Source: a bacterium
Lineage (GTDB): Bacteria; Patescibacteriota; Microgenomatia; Levybacterales; UBA12049
DNA: 64,000 nucleotides
NCBI GenBank assembly: GCA_021777565.1
Contig: JAJYDJ010000004.1
Span: forward strand, 34,077 to 98,076
Direction of reading: 5' to 3'
Under the pieces are notes generated by a model that worked only from the letters and a program-made list of their open reading frames with translations, made no database searches and was not told the origin of the DNA. Below, in pieces: positions 37,163-45,534 of the stretch (within the stretch, counting starts at the first letter, position 1; each line of letters begins with the position of its first letter). The position numbers and the translations under genes were made by a program.

Positions 37163-38350
37163 ATGGCAGAGGCAGAACCACTTCGAATTGGTATTGATGT
37201 CAGTAGAGCTAGTCGTGAAAATCATGGCATTCCCATTTATACACGTAGCGTCTTGGCTGAGCTTGGCAAGTTAGATACGACTGACCAGTTTGTCTTATTA
37301 AGTTATCCAGATAGTCCAGTTGCTCATGGATTTGGCCTTCAAGATCCTGAGTTAGCGGCAATTCCATATTCTGGGAGATATATCCCTTGGGTGAGAGTAT
37401 TTCAGGAACAAGTGCTTTATCCAGCAGCACAACAAAGGCTCAATTTAGATGTCATGTGGCACCCTCAAAATCATGGCCAGTTTTGGACTCCAGTTGGTTA
37501 CGTTTGTACCCTACATGATGTTTTGCCATACTCCAGACCAGATCTTGCGCAGGACTTAGACACAAGAAGAGAGCAAGCTCTTTACTGGAGTCGAGTACAA
37601 AGTGCTGCTCACGCAGACATGATAATCACAGTCTCAGAATTTAGTAGAAAAGAAATCATTAGGCTACTTGGCGTTGATCCATCGCGCGTTGTTGCAGTAC
37701 AGAATGGTATAGACCACACAACATTTAGAGTTCTACGGTCAGAGGTAGATAGAGCAAGACTACAAACACAATATGGTTTACCAGAAAGATATGTTCTTAC
37801 AGTTGGTAGTTATGGACCACATAAGGACCTAGCAACAATGATAAGGGCATTCAAAACCAGCGACCTCATGCGACTTGGATATAACCTCGTTATGGTAGGG
37901 CCTAAGGATGAAATTGTATACACGTCTGACCATGAAGGATTGGAAGAGATGGTGAGGGACGAAGGGCTAGAAGGAAGAGTCTTAATGCTTCCACCAGTGC
38001 CAGTTACAGATTTAGTAGGGATGTATAACGGTGCCAGTATGTTTTGCATTACATCTCAATTTGAGGGGTTTGGGCTTACGCCTCTCGAAGCAATGGCTTG
38101 CGGGGTACCTGTTATTTCATCTGACTCAAGCTCGTTGCCTGAAGTTTGTGGGAACGCGGCGCTATATGCTCATGTCGGAGACTATCTAGGGTTTGCCGAG
38201 CGGATGAACTTATTAGCAACGGATATTGAATTAGCTCGCAGAATGACTAGCTTAGGCCTTATGCAAGCTGCCAAATACGATTGGGCAACTACCGCTCAGA
38301 AAACACTTGATATATTACAACGGGTCGGAAGAACGAACAGAAGGTCTTAG
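37163..38350 (+). CDS. GT4 (group 1) glycosyltransferase
   Basis: 395 aa. C-terminal [28 protein letters not shown] is the classic GT4 motif. Noticeably higher GC than its neighbours. Confidence 0.8.
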   Translation: MAEAEPLRIGIDVSRASRENHGIPIYTRSVLAELGKLDTTDQFVLLSYPDSPVAHGFGLQDPELAAIPYSGRYIPWVRVFQEQVLYPAAQQRLNLDVMWHPQNHGQFWTPVGYVCTLHDVLPYSRPDLAQDLDTRREQALYWSRVQSAAHADMIITVSEFSRKEIIRLLGVDPSRVVAVQNGIDHTTFRVLRSEVDRARLQTQYGLPERYVLTVGSYGPHKDLATMIRAFKTSDLMRLGYNLVMVGPKDEIVYTSDHEGLEEMVRDEGLEGRVLMLPPVPVTDLVGMYNGASMFCITSQFEGFGLTPLEAMACGVPVISSDSSSLPEVCGNAALYAHVGDYLGFAERMNLLATDIELARRMTSLGLMQAAKYDWATTAQKTLDILQRVGRTNRRS

Positions 38351-38442
38351 CAATGGAGGAGAAATAATTGTAAGCTCTAGTGAATCGCATAATTTACACT
38401 TTGCGATATTAAGTAGGTTCTAATGTGATCCATTACCCGCAG

Positions 38443-38480
38443 CCCATAAAAGACCTGGCTTATGCCAGTTTTTTTATGGG
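38443..38480 (+). terminator. rho-independent terminator after the GT4 gene
   Basis: CCCATAAAAGACCTGGC-TTAT-GCCAGTTTTTTTATGGG. The inner stem is CTGGC/GCCAG with a TTAT loop, followed by a T7 run. Confidence 0.5.
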
Positions 38481-38505
38481 TTGGCGTGTGACATGAGTTC
38501 ATGCT

Positions 38506-38856
38506 TTAGCTAGAATCCGACACTTCGAAGAAGTTAGTGCCCTTGTGGTACACGTCCGGCAGCACGTTTGTACGCATGTCTGGCTTAAGAAGCACAACAT
38601 ATGGCTTTTTGAAGCTAAAAGTAAGCATTTTGTCTTTCAAAAATTTATAGCGCCATCCGTGCCAAAAGTCGCTGTCAACAAAAATAAGAAGCGAGCCGTT
38701 TACTATGCAGTCAGGCTTACCGTAGAGCTTGGGGTGCTTCTCATAGTTTATTTTATAGCTGTCTAATAAACCCAAAAACTTTTGCTCTAGCTGCGTATTA
38801 GTACTTCTAATACTAGACATGTTATATGTGCGTTGAGCTTTAGTGAGGTTGTCCAT
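38506..38856 (-). CDS. vsr: very-short-patch repair endonuclease (Vsr)
   Basis: 116 aa. TKAQRTYNMSSIRSTNTQLE...GKPDCIV...FVDSDFWHGW matches the Vsr N-terminal and catalytic motifs (RSxNMSxIRsKNT...PD...FxHGCFWH). Confidence 0.7.
   Translation of the reverse strand: MDNLTKAQRTYNMSSIRSTNTQLEQKFLGLLDSYKINYEKHPKLYGKPDCIVNGSLLIFVDSDFWHGWRYKFLKDKMLTFSFKKPYVVLLKPDMRTNVLPDVYHKGTNFFEVSDSS
38545..38564. repeat. att-core-like copy of the tRNA-Gln 3' end (GTCCGGCAGCA)
   Basis: GTGGTACACGTCCGGCAGCA. The 11-nt core is identical to tRNA-Gln 10918..10928 and 17/20 identical to the 41404..41423 copy. Lies inside the Vsr 3' coding end. Confidence 0.5.
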
Positions 38857-38881
38857 ACAGTTTTCTGCATAGCAAAATCTA

Positions 38882-39901
38882 TTAAAATTCCATGTAATAT
38901 TTGTCGCCGTCCATTTTGTAAAAATTGATGCTGTTTCTGCCGTATGCGTCTAATGTATCTTGAGTAACAGGAGTAAGAGGTAACAAAGCACCGCTCTTTT
39001 GCAGTTTGCCTTTTATCCATTGGCCTAATATAGATAAATTACCCCTTGAGCGGATATTTTTGAAATAGTCTCCACTTGTTTTCATTGGAATAATAAACCC
39101 ATCATCTGTGTAGGCAGTAAAGTCGCCCTTGGGGTAAAGAGGGTTAGAGGTAATGTCTCTATTTGCAATCAACTCTACTTCATACCATGGCCTCGCGAGC
39201 ACCTTTCCTGTTGTCCTGCTCCACCTGCCTTTACCAAAATATACATTAAGATTTGATTTTTCTTTATCAGCAACTCTTGTAAGAGGGTAGTCTAACTCTG
39301 GCAGCAAAGACTTATCTACAGTAGCGGGGTCATATTTGGGTAAGTCATCAAGCGTCTTGAGAGAAATCTTATTACTGTAGTCAGAAGTACCAGGTACAAC
39401 AATATCGGCTTTAACTATAGAAACAGCATTATCCGGCTGGAAAAGATAGTCAAGAAAGTTATCTAAGCCATTTACTGTTTCGTCATCACCTATTGAAGCC
39501 GTACATTCAATGTTTTCTGTTAAACCGCTGCGGGAGAAATTTGATGAGCCCAAGTAGTACTTCTTTTGCTGTGCATTTTCAAAGAGGTATACTTTCCCGT
39601 GATATTTGCCATTATAACTAACATAAACTCCGCTGCCATTGCCTAAACTTTCAAGGCTGTTACTCAAACTGGTTAAACGGGTTAGTTTATTTGCCGTCAG
39701 ACCCTCATAAAAAGCCATACCAACAAGAAGTCTTGCTTTCCCGCCTTTTTCTGCTATTCTCTCAAAGTCACCATAAAATTTATTGATTATATCCAGAGAA
39801 ACGTAGCCAGATGCTATCGTAACGCTTTCAGCATCTCTAAATTCATTTTCAACTTTTTGCAGAAAATTTCCGCCTGAGCCATCTGTATTAGTCCACAACA
39901 T
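38882..39901 (-). CDS. PLD-family (Nuc/BfiI-like) restriction endonuclease candidate
   Basis: 339 aa. YHGKVYLFENAQQKKYYLGSSNFS fits the HxK(x)4[DE](x)6-9GSxN phospholipase-D nuclease motif. Sits between a C5-MTase and Vsr. Confidence 0.45.
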   Translation of the reverse strand: MLWTNTDGSGGNFLQKVENEFRDAESVTIASGYVSLDIINKFYGDFERIAEKGGKARLLVGMAFYEGLTANKLTRLTSLSNSLESLGNGSGVYVSYNGKYHGKVYLFENAQQKKYYLGSSNFSRSGLTENIECTASIGDDETVNGLDNFLDYLFQPDNAVSIVKADIVVPGTSDYSNKISLKTLDDLPKYDPATVDKSLLPELDYPLTRVADKEKSNLNVYFGKGRWSRTTGKVLARPWYEVELIANRDITSNPLYPKGDFTAYTDDGFIIPMKTSGDYFKNIRSRGNLSILGQWIKGKLQKSGALLPLTPVTQDTLDAYGRNSINFYKMDGDKYYMEF

Positions 39902-39907
39902 ATTTAG

Positions 39908-41017
39908 TTAGCCAACTAGTGGCAGTTGATTATAATTTTTACTTTCAACTTGAATATATTTCAAGGCATCGCCTGAGAGTTGTCTAAGTTGTTTTTCTTC
40001 TGTCTTAGTATAATTACCTGCAAATACTTTCATAAGCTCTTTTGCTACTGCTCTAACACCTGCTGGGGGGACTGAATTGCCTATTTGCTTTCTAACCTCA
40101 GTTATTGTGCCTTCAAAAATAAAGTCATCTGGGTAGCCAAAAAGCCTTGCACGCTCTCTATTGGTCAAAGGCCTTGGCTCACTATAGTGATAACCCCAAG
40201 TGCCTCCCCCTCCGCCTGCAATAATAGTTGTAGATGGTTTATTCCTATTAAGCCTGCGGTAAACATGGCTAATCATACCTTTAACATAGTATGGGCTGTC
40301 TTTGGGAATATCTGTAAAATTTCCTCCCTCTGGAATTAGGCTTATTATTTTTGCAGTCCTTTCTTTAATATTTATTAGCTCATTGTTATAAAGTGCTTTT
40401 TCAACGCCTTTTAGAGCTTCACCGGTAGTCACATAATTAGTTGCATTATGAGTCGGCTCAGGCTTCACAAATTCAAAGGGAATATCGTTTCTAATACCTA
40501 TTATGAGTACTCTTTCTCTTAATTGAGGCACGCCATATTCTGCAAAGTTAAATAAATTTACATAAATTCTATAACCAGCCCCATCAATATGAGAGAAATC
40601 TTTTACTATTTGCTTTATAGCCATTCCTTTATTTGCCGTTAGTATTCCCTTGACATTTTCTGCTACAAATACTTTTGGTAATTTAGTTTCAACTGCTCTG
40701 ACGAAGTGTTTATATAAGTTACCTCTATCTGTTTCAATACCGCCTCTTTTCCATATCATTGAAAAGTCCTGGCATGGAAACCCGCCGGTAATTATGTCGC
40801 AGTTGGGGACTTTGTTAAAATCAACATCATTTATGTCGCCCTCAAATATGTGGTCTCCAAAATTTCTTTTATAAGTTTCGCAAGCAGCATGGAAGTTGTC
40901 ATTTGCCCAAACTACCTCAAAACCCTCTTTCGCAAAGCCTAAGTCAAGACCGCCACAACCGGAAAATAAAGATAATATTTTGGGTTTATTCGTTTTGCGA
41001 GCTTTACCATTTTGCAT
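39908..41017 (-). CDS. DNA (cytosine-5)-methyltransferase
   Basis: 369 aa. Motif I LSLFSGCGGLDLGF, motif IV GGFPCQDFS, motif VI ENVKG, C-terminal motifs QIGNSVPP. Confidence 0.85.
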   Translation of the reverse strand: MQNGKARKTNKPKILSLFSGCGGLDLGFAKEGFEVVWANDNFHAACETYKRNFGDHIFEGDINDVDFNKVPNCDIITGGFPCQDFSMIWKRGGIETDRGNLYKHFVRAVETKLPKVFVAENVKGILTANKGMAIKQIVKDFSHIDGAGYRIYVNLFNFAEYGVPQLRERVLIIGIRNDIPFEFVKPEPTHNATNYVTTGEALKGVEKALYNNELINIKERTAKIISLIPEGGNFTDIPKDSPYYVKGMISHVYRRLNRNKPSTTIIAGGGGGTWGYHYSEPRPLTNRERARLFGYPDDFIFEGTITEVRKQIGNSVPPAGVRAVAKELMKVFAGNYTKTEEKQLRQLSGDALKYIQVESKNYNQLPLVG

Positions 41018-41101
41018 ACTTTAATCAGTATACTTAATTTATTTTCAATGCGCCATATATCAATCTGTATCATTCACTACTAAAATTACCTACTGCCTTT
41101 A

Positions 41102-41380
41102 GAATATACTCATAACTAGAGCGGTGGCATCGTTGAAGACGGTACGTGAGGTATTGCACAAGCGACAGTAAAATTCATTTGCAGATGGGTTACGGTAAAG
41201 TGTACCTGCTCTTAGTTTACAGGACGGACAGACAAACCACACTCTTTTGCCACCATAGTTACATTTGGTTGTTGTAAGTCTGATTTGTTGATACCCAAGC
41301 TCAAAGAAATTCCCGCATGTGAGGGCATTTTTTTTGAGACTGTTGTAGAGATGTATTCGTGCGTAAGCAAAGATCCGCCG
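41102..41380 (-). pseudogene. start-less ORF fragment encoding a 4-Cys zinc ribbon (possible transposase/integrase-associated relic)
   Basis: Hand translation of the minus strand gives ...KCNYGGKRVWFVCPSCKLRAGTLYRNPSANEFYCRLCNTSR... There is no ATG start in 93 codons. It is not in the ORF track. Confidence 0.2.
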
Positions 41381-41403
41381 CTACGAAGTAGCTAGTACTT
41401 TTA

Positions 41404-41423
41404 GTGTACAGGTCCGGCAGCAA
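41404..41423. repeat. second att-core-like copy of the tRNA-Gln 3' end
   Basis: CAGGTCCGGCAGCAA (41409..41423) is identical to tRNA-Gln 10915..10929 (15/15). The copy at 38545 shares a GTGTACA-GTCCGGCAGCA context. Confidence 0.5.
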
Positions 41424-41515
41424 ATACTCATTTTTAGCCATTCATTTCCTTCTTGTTTTTGTTTGGCATAGACATATAGTTTCAAGAACTATTCTGAACG
41501 CATAGTTTGTTATAA

Positions 41516-42430
41516 TTGTTTTTAGGCTTAAGATACATGATGAAAAGATACCTATTCCAATTAAATAACACATATAATAACGAAAAACCTTTCTACGAGA
41601 TAGATTCACTACCTAACTCAGACGTAGTTAAAGTTTATATATTCGGAGGCAGAAGTGACTTTGCACCAAATGGAATGGGTAGTATCTATATCTATTTAGA
41701 ATTGCGTGATGAACTTACCCCAAGAAATGTCTTTTATAACCTTCAGAGAATACTTAACCTGATTTATTTAGAAACTGGAAGTTCAACGTACTACAGAGAA
41801 ATTCCATTAAATGGGTTAAGTAATTTTGATGAAATTTATACTACTTTTGGTGCTTCTAAATATTTTGACGGCGCTACAAGTTACCATGGGATTACTCCAG
41901 AACCGAATCATATTTTAAGAGTTCAGCAACTAATAACACTGATTAACAAGGTAAATGAAAATGAGTTTATGAAATTTGATAATTCTTTAAATACATACGT
42001 GTGGGCTTTAGAATTAAGAGAGCTTCCTAATCCTCATCTGAAATTTACTTTATATATGACTCTTCTTCTTTCGTCTATTGAGCAACTGTCTAGTAGTCCT
42101 AGCAACTGTGACTTTCATGATCCTTGTCCTAAATGCCAAAGAGAGCTTTCCCATCATGTAAAAGGGCAGGGACAAAGGCAAGCTTTAGAAAACCTGATTA
42201 GGCACTTATTGACAGGAGCTGGTGTGGAAGATGGGGTTAAGCGAGTGAGTCTATTATATGGAAAGCTTCGGTCATCCTTTCTACATTCAGGGAATTTATA
42301 TGGAGGAGAAAAAGATGGAGGATTTTTAGAGGGGGTAGAGAACGACACTGAATTGTTAGAAGATGAGCTAAATATAATACTTCTTGTTAGAAAGTTATTA
42401 GAGCAGTTCCTAGTTAAAGGCTCTCAATAG
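41516..42430 (+). CDS. hypothetical protein
   Basis: 304-aa ORF in a low-GC stretch. No motif recognised. Confidence 0.35.
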   Translation: MFLGLRYMMKRYLFQLNNTYNNEKPFYEIDSLPNSDVVKVYIFGGRSDFAPNGMGSIYIYLELRDELTPRNVFYNLQRILNLIYLETGSSTYYREIPLNGLSNFDEIYTTFGASKYFDGATSYHGITPEPNHILRVQQLITLINKVNENEFMKFDNSLNTYVWALELRELPNPHLKFTLYMTLLLSSIEQLSSSPSNCDFHDPCPKCQRELSHHVKGQGQRQALENLIRHLLTGAGVEDGVKRVSLLYGKLRSSFLHSGNLYGGEKDGGFLEGVENDTELLEDELNIILLVRKLLEQFLVKGSQ

Positions 42431-42733
42431 TTGGAATACAAACATAAAAGTATGACCTCACGAAAAGAACACTCAGTAGTAACTTTTACCGTCTATATAC
42501 TTCGTACATCATCTAACACAATCTACATTGGTCAGACGAATAATCTAGACAAACGTTTAAAGGAGCACAAAAGTAAAACGACGAGGTCGGCGAAGTACAT
42601 GAAGTATTTTGACTCTTTTGAACTGGTGTATACAGAAGTCTACGGGACCAGAACCGAAGCACTGCAGAGAGAGTGGCAGCTGAAACAACTGACGAGAAAG
42701 CAAAAGGACGCTCTGATAAATAAGCATTATTAG
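42431..42733 (+). CDS. GIY-YIG nuclease-domain protein (UPF0213/YhbQ-like)
   Basis: 100 aa. VYILRTSSNTIYIGQTNNLDKRLKEH is the GIY...YIG motif plus the conserved R and E. Confidence 0.65.
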   Translation: MEYKHKSMTSRKEHSVVTFTVYILRTSSNTIYIGQTNNLDKRLKEHKSKTTRSAKYMKYFDSFELVYTEVYGTRTEALQREWQLKQLTRKQKDALINKHY

Positions 42734-42774
42734 AACTCTGTGAGAGTAGATACCCTCAAGTGAGGTATTAACCT

Positions 42775-43647
42775 TCACGTCTTTATAAAAAGAAGGACTA
42801 GTCCAGCAGTAACACCAACCACACCGATAAACTTTCTCTTTGTCAATTCATCTTTAAAGAAGAATGAAGAGAGAAGAGTGATCAGCGTAATGGATGCAGC
42901 ACTAGCTGCATTAATATATCCAGGATTAGGTGAGCTTGTATAGCCAAGCTGCGTATACAGATTGTAGAGGAGTGACATGCTGCCGATTATGAGAAGAATA
43001 AATGCTTTTGAGATACCAAGTGTTATTTTTCTCTTGTTTATGATTGCTTCACTGACTAAACAAATAGTTACAAAAAGAAACAAGTAAAAAAGATAGACAT
43101 ACACAGGTACTCCAACATGAATAATATAAACAGACACCAGAGTCAGAAATGAAAAACAAAAAAATGCGCCAATTGCCATGATCGCCCATTTATTATTTTT
43201 ATTTGACGGTTTTTTCGTTGACTGAGGAGAAATGGTAATAAGAGCAGAAAATACTAAAATAAGGCATATTGCTACTGTGCTCGTAAATGTGAGAGATGAA
43301 TGAAAGAAAAATACTGCAAAAAGAGTTGTGAAGACTACATAAGATTTTGTAATGGTAAGGCTGTATCCAGGGTTTGATGCCTGAAGAATACTTGTTTGGG
43401 ATAGGATGTTACCAATATAACTGAGAAACACAGCAGCAAGAAATATAATTGCAAGGTTAGGCCATGAAATCGCAATTGACCCATGGGCATTATATATTAA
43501 CCAGGTGTAACCAATGAGTGGGATAGCAAACATTGCCAGAAGATACTCAGTAACAGAAATATTATGCACTTGCCCTTTTCGTATGAACAGGTACATGACA
43601 ACTGATGCCAAAAAAAGTGCAATACTATCAAATACCCAAATTGGCAT
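42775..43647 (-). CDS. EamA/DMT-family membrane transporter
   Basis: 290 aa. About 10 hydrophobic helices arranged as two 5-TM repeats. Very AT-rich. Confidence 0.55.
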   Translation of the reverse strand: MPIWVFDSIALFLASVVMYLFIRKGQVHNISVTEYLLAMFAIPLIGYTWLIYNAHGSIAISWPNLAIIFLAAVFLSYIGNILSQTSILQASNPGYSLTITKSYVVFTTLFAVFFFHSSLTFTSTVAICLILVFSALITISPQSTKKPSNKNNKWAIMAIGAFFCFSFLTLVSVYIIHVGVPVYVYLFYLFLFVTICLVSEAIINKRKITLGISKAFILLIIGSMSLLYNLYTQLGYTSSPNPGYINAASAASITLITLLSSFFFKDELTKRKFIGVVGVTAGLVLLFIKT

Positions 43648-43703
43648 AGAAAAATTATAGCAGAACTATTTTAAAAATATTCTTGACGAGGGGAAACATT
43701 TCT

Positions 43704-43997
43704 TTATCCTTTTGTAGGGTTGAACTTGCCAGACACTTTGATAATCTTGTCACCTTCTGCAAAACTCTCCCAGGTTTTCTTACTCAAGGATACGGTCTTC
43801 TCTTGACCATCATCGGTTTTTACTACCAGATGATAGGTAGTGTACGTGTTGTCATCAGCTCCATCGTGATCTCGAGAATATTTTCTTGCAACCACACCAG
43901 TATATGCTTGCTTCTTGGTGTTCACGATCACGAACCAGACAATAACGCCACACAGGACCAACGTACCAGCAATAGTTAAAAATGAGACCATAGTCAC
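43704..43997 (-). CDS. small membrane-anchored hypothetical protein
   Basis: 97 aa. N-terminal TM helix followed by a charged soluble domain. I prefer this over the overlapping + strand ORF 43683..43979. Confidence 0.35.
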   Translation of the reverse strand: MTMVSFLTIAGTLVLCGVIVWFVIVNTKKQAYTGVVARKYSRDHDGADDNTYTTYHLVVKTDDGQEKTVSLSKKTWESFAEGDKIIKVSGKFNPTKG

Positions 43998-44051
43998 ATT
44001 TTATACAATGACAGGCATGATCGCAAGAGATAAATCTGATATACTGTACTT

Positions 44052-44435
44052 ATGGACACCAATAAGCTAACGATTGTCATTAACAAACCACTTACTGAGG
44101 TGTTTGCTGCCTGTGTCACTCCACCCATGGCCAAACTTTGGGTGCCAAATATCATCAACGAAACTACCAGTGAATGGCCAGTAAAGCCGGGGACTATCTA
44201 TACTGAATATAAAAATGATAATACTTCCTTTAATATCATCGTGACTGAGTACGAAGAGAATGCCTATATTGAATGGCAGACAGAAGATGGCAATTACCAC
44301 GTGCGTTATACCTTTACCCCCATTGACCAGAGCACGACTCAACTAGAATACGTCGAGACAGGGGATGTTAGCGAACCATTTACTCAAGAAATTTTAGAAA
44401 AACTCAAAGAAGTGATCGAAAATACTCCTCGTTAA
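44052..44435 (+). CDS. SRPBCC (START/AHSA1/polyketide-cyclase-like) family protein
   Basis: 127 aa. Beta-rich pattern beginning LTIVINKPLTEVFAACVTP...W. Confidence 0.45.
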   Translation: MDTNKLTIVINKPLTEVFAACVTPPMAKLWVPNIINETTSEWPVKPGTIYTEYKNDNTSFNIIVTEYEENAYIEWQTEDGNYHVRYTFTPIDQSTTQLEYVETGDVSEPFTQEILEKLKEVIENTPR

Positions 44436-44497
44436 CCCCAACCTCTGACTGCCTCGGTTTGACATACATCACACAAAGGTAAATACTAAAAATAGGG

Positions 44498-44719
44498 ATG
44501 GAGGTGAGGTATATGTTATCTAAAGAAATGTTTTTTCAAATCGTAGGCGTCATTTTCACACTGGTAGGGTTATTACATCTTATTCGTTTGCTTACCGGGT
44601 TTCAGGTATTGTTTGGTACCTGGGAATTTCCTCTTTGGCTCAGTATCGTTGGAGTAATTCTCCCTTGGTATCTAGCCTATAACGCATTTAGCTTGGCAAA
44701 AAAGAAATCAAAAAAGTGA
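44498..44719 (+). CDS. small membrane protein
   Basis: 73 aa with two predicted TM helices. Confidence 0.3.
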   Translation: MEVRYMLSKEMFFQIVGVIFTLVGLLHLIRLLTGFQVLFGTWEFPLWLSIVGVILPWYLAYNAFSLAKKKSKK

Positions 44720-44731
44720 GGGGGTGATAGT

Positions 44732-44980
44732 ATGAAATATTCAACGAAAAGATTTGCACTCGCGGGTGGGATCGTGTGGGGGTTATGTTTGTTTGCGACT
44801 ACATTAGTTAGTGTCTATACAAATGGCTTTGCAAAAGCATTTCTTGATGGGGTAGGAAGCATTTACCCAGGGTACTCGATTTCAGTGGTTGGAAGTGTAG
44901 TCGGCCTTATATACGGTTTTTTTGACGTGTTCATTGGGGTATATCTCTTTACTTGGGTGTATAAAGCACTAGGCAAGTAA
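44732..44980 (+). CDS. small membrane protein
   Basis: 82 aa with two or three TM helices. Confidence 0.3.
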   Translation: MKYSTKRFALAGGIVWGLCLFATTLVSVYTNGFAKAFLDGVGSIYPGYSISVVGSVVGLIYGFFDVFIGVYLFTWVYKALGK

Positions 44981-45003
44981 CAAATTACTGATATACTCAA
45001 AAC

Positions 45004-45534
45004 ATGAATAAAACTGCTGTCGTGTACTTTCCACCATGTGAAGAGACGCAGATTCAGGAATTTCGGACACGCTACGATACAAGTTGGCAGGTCATCCCGC
45101 CACATATTACTATTGTGTCGCCATTGTCAGAGATCAGTGATGATCAGCTTATTTCACTCGTTGAAGAAGTAGCTCTCAAAACGCAGGTATTTCCGATCCG
45201 AATAAATAAACTTATCAAGAGTTTTGATGATTATCTGCTTTTACGAGTAACCGATGGCGAAGAAAAGATTAATGCACTGCATGACACGATGTATGCAGAT
45301 GCGCTCGCACCATATCTCCCTACAGAATATCCGTTTGAGCCACACATTACGCTTGGGTATTTTAGAGATGAACAAGACGTCTTTGATCAAGAGAAATTTG
45401 ACAGTGCGTTTGCAGAAGCTGAGGCTATGCAGTTCGATCTACAGTGCATGTTTGATGCGCTCACCGTTATCAAAGGGGATGGCATAAGCCCGAGTAAAAT
45501 GCTCAAAACTATTCCGCTCTTACGTCCTTCATAA
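45004..45534 (+). CDS. 2H phosphoesterase superfamily protein (LigT / 2'-5' RNA ligase-like)
   Basis: 176 aa. Two H-x-T-x motifs (PPHITIVSP and EPHITLGYF) at the expected spacing. Confidence 0.65.
   Translation: MNKTAVVYFPPCEETQIQEFRTRYDTSWQVIPPHITIVSPLSEISDDQLISLVEEVALKTQVFPIRINKLIKSFDDYLLLRVTDGEEKINALHDTMYADALAPYLPTEYPFEPHITLGYFRDEQDVFDQEKFDSAFAEAEAMQFDLQCMFDALTVIKGDGISPSKMLKTIPLLRPS

Noticed and set aside
29234-38350. Calling the glycosylation block a classical LPS inner-core locus because of the GT9 heptosyltransferase-like gene
   Set aside because: No Kdo, lipid A or ADP-heptose synthesis genes are present, and the block is inside a mobile, low-GC island. A non-LPS acceptor is more likely, so I kept the call generic.
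43683-43979. 98-aa + strand ORF overlapping 43704..43997 (-)
   Set aside because: The minus-strand alternative has a clean TM helix plus a soluble domain. The + strand product is Cys-rich and motif-free.
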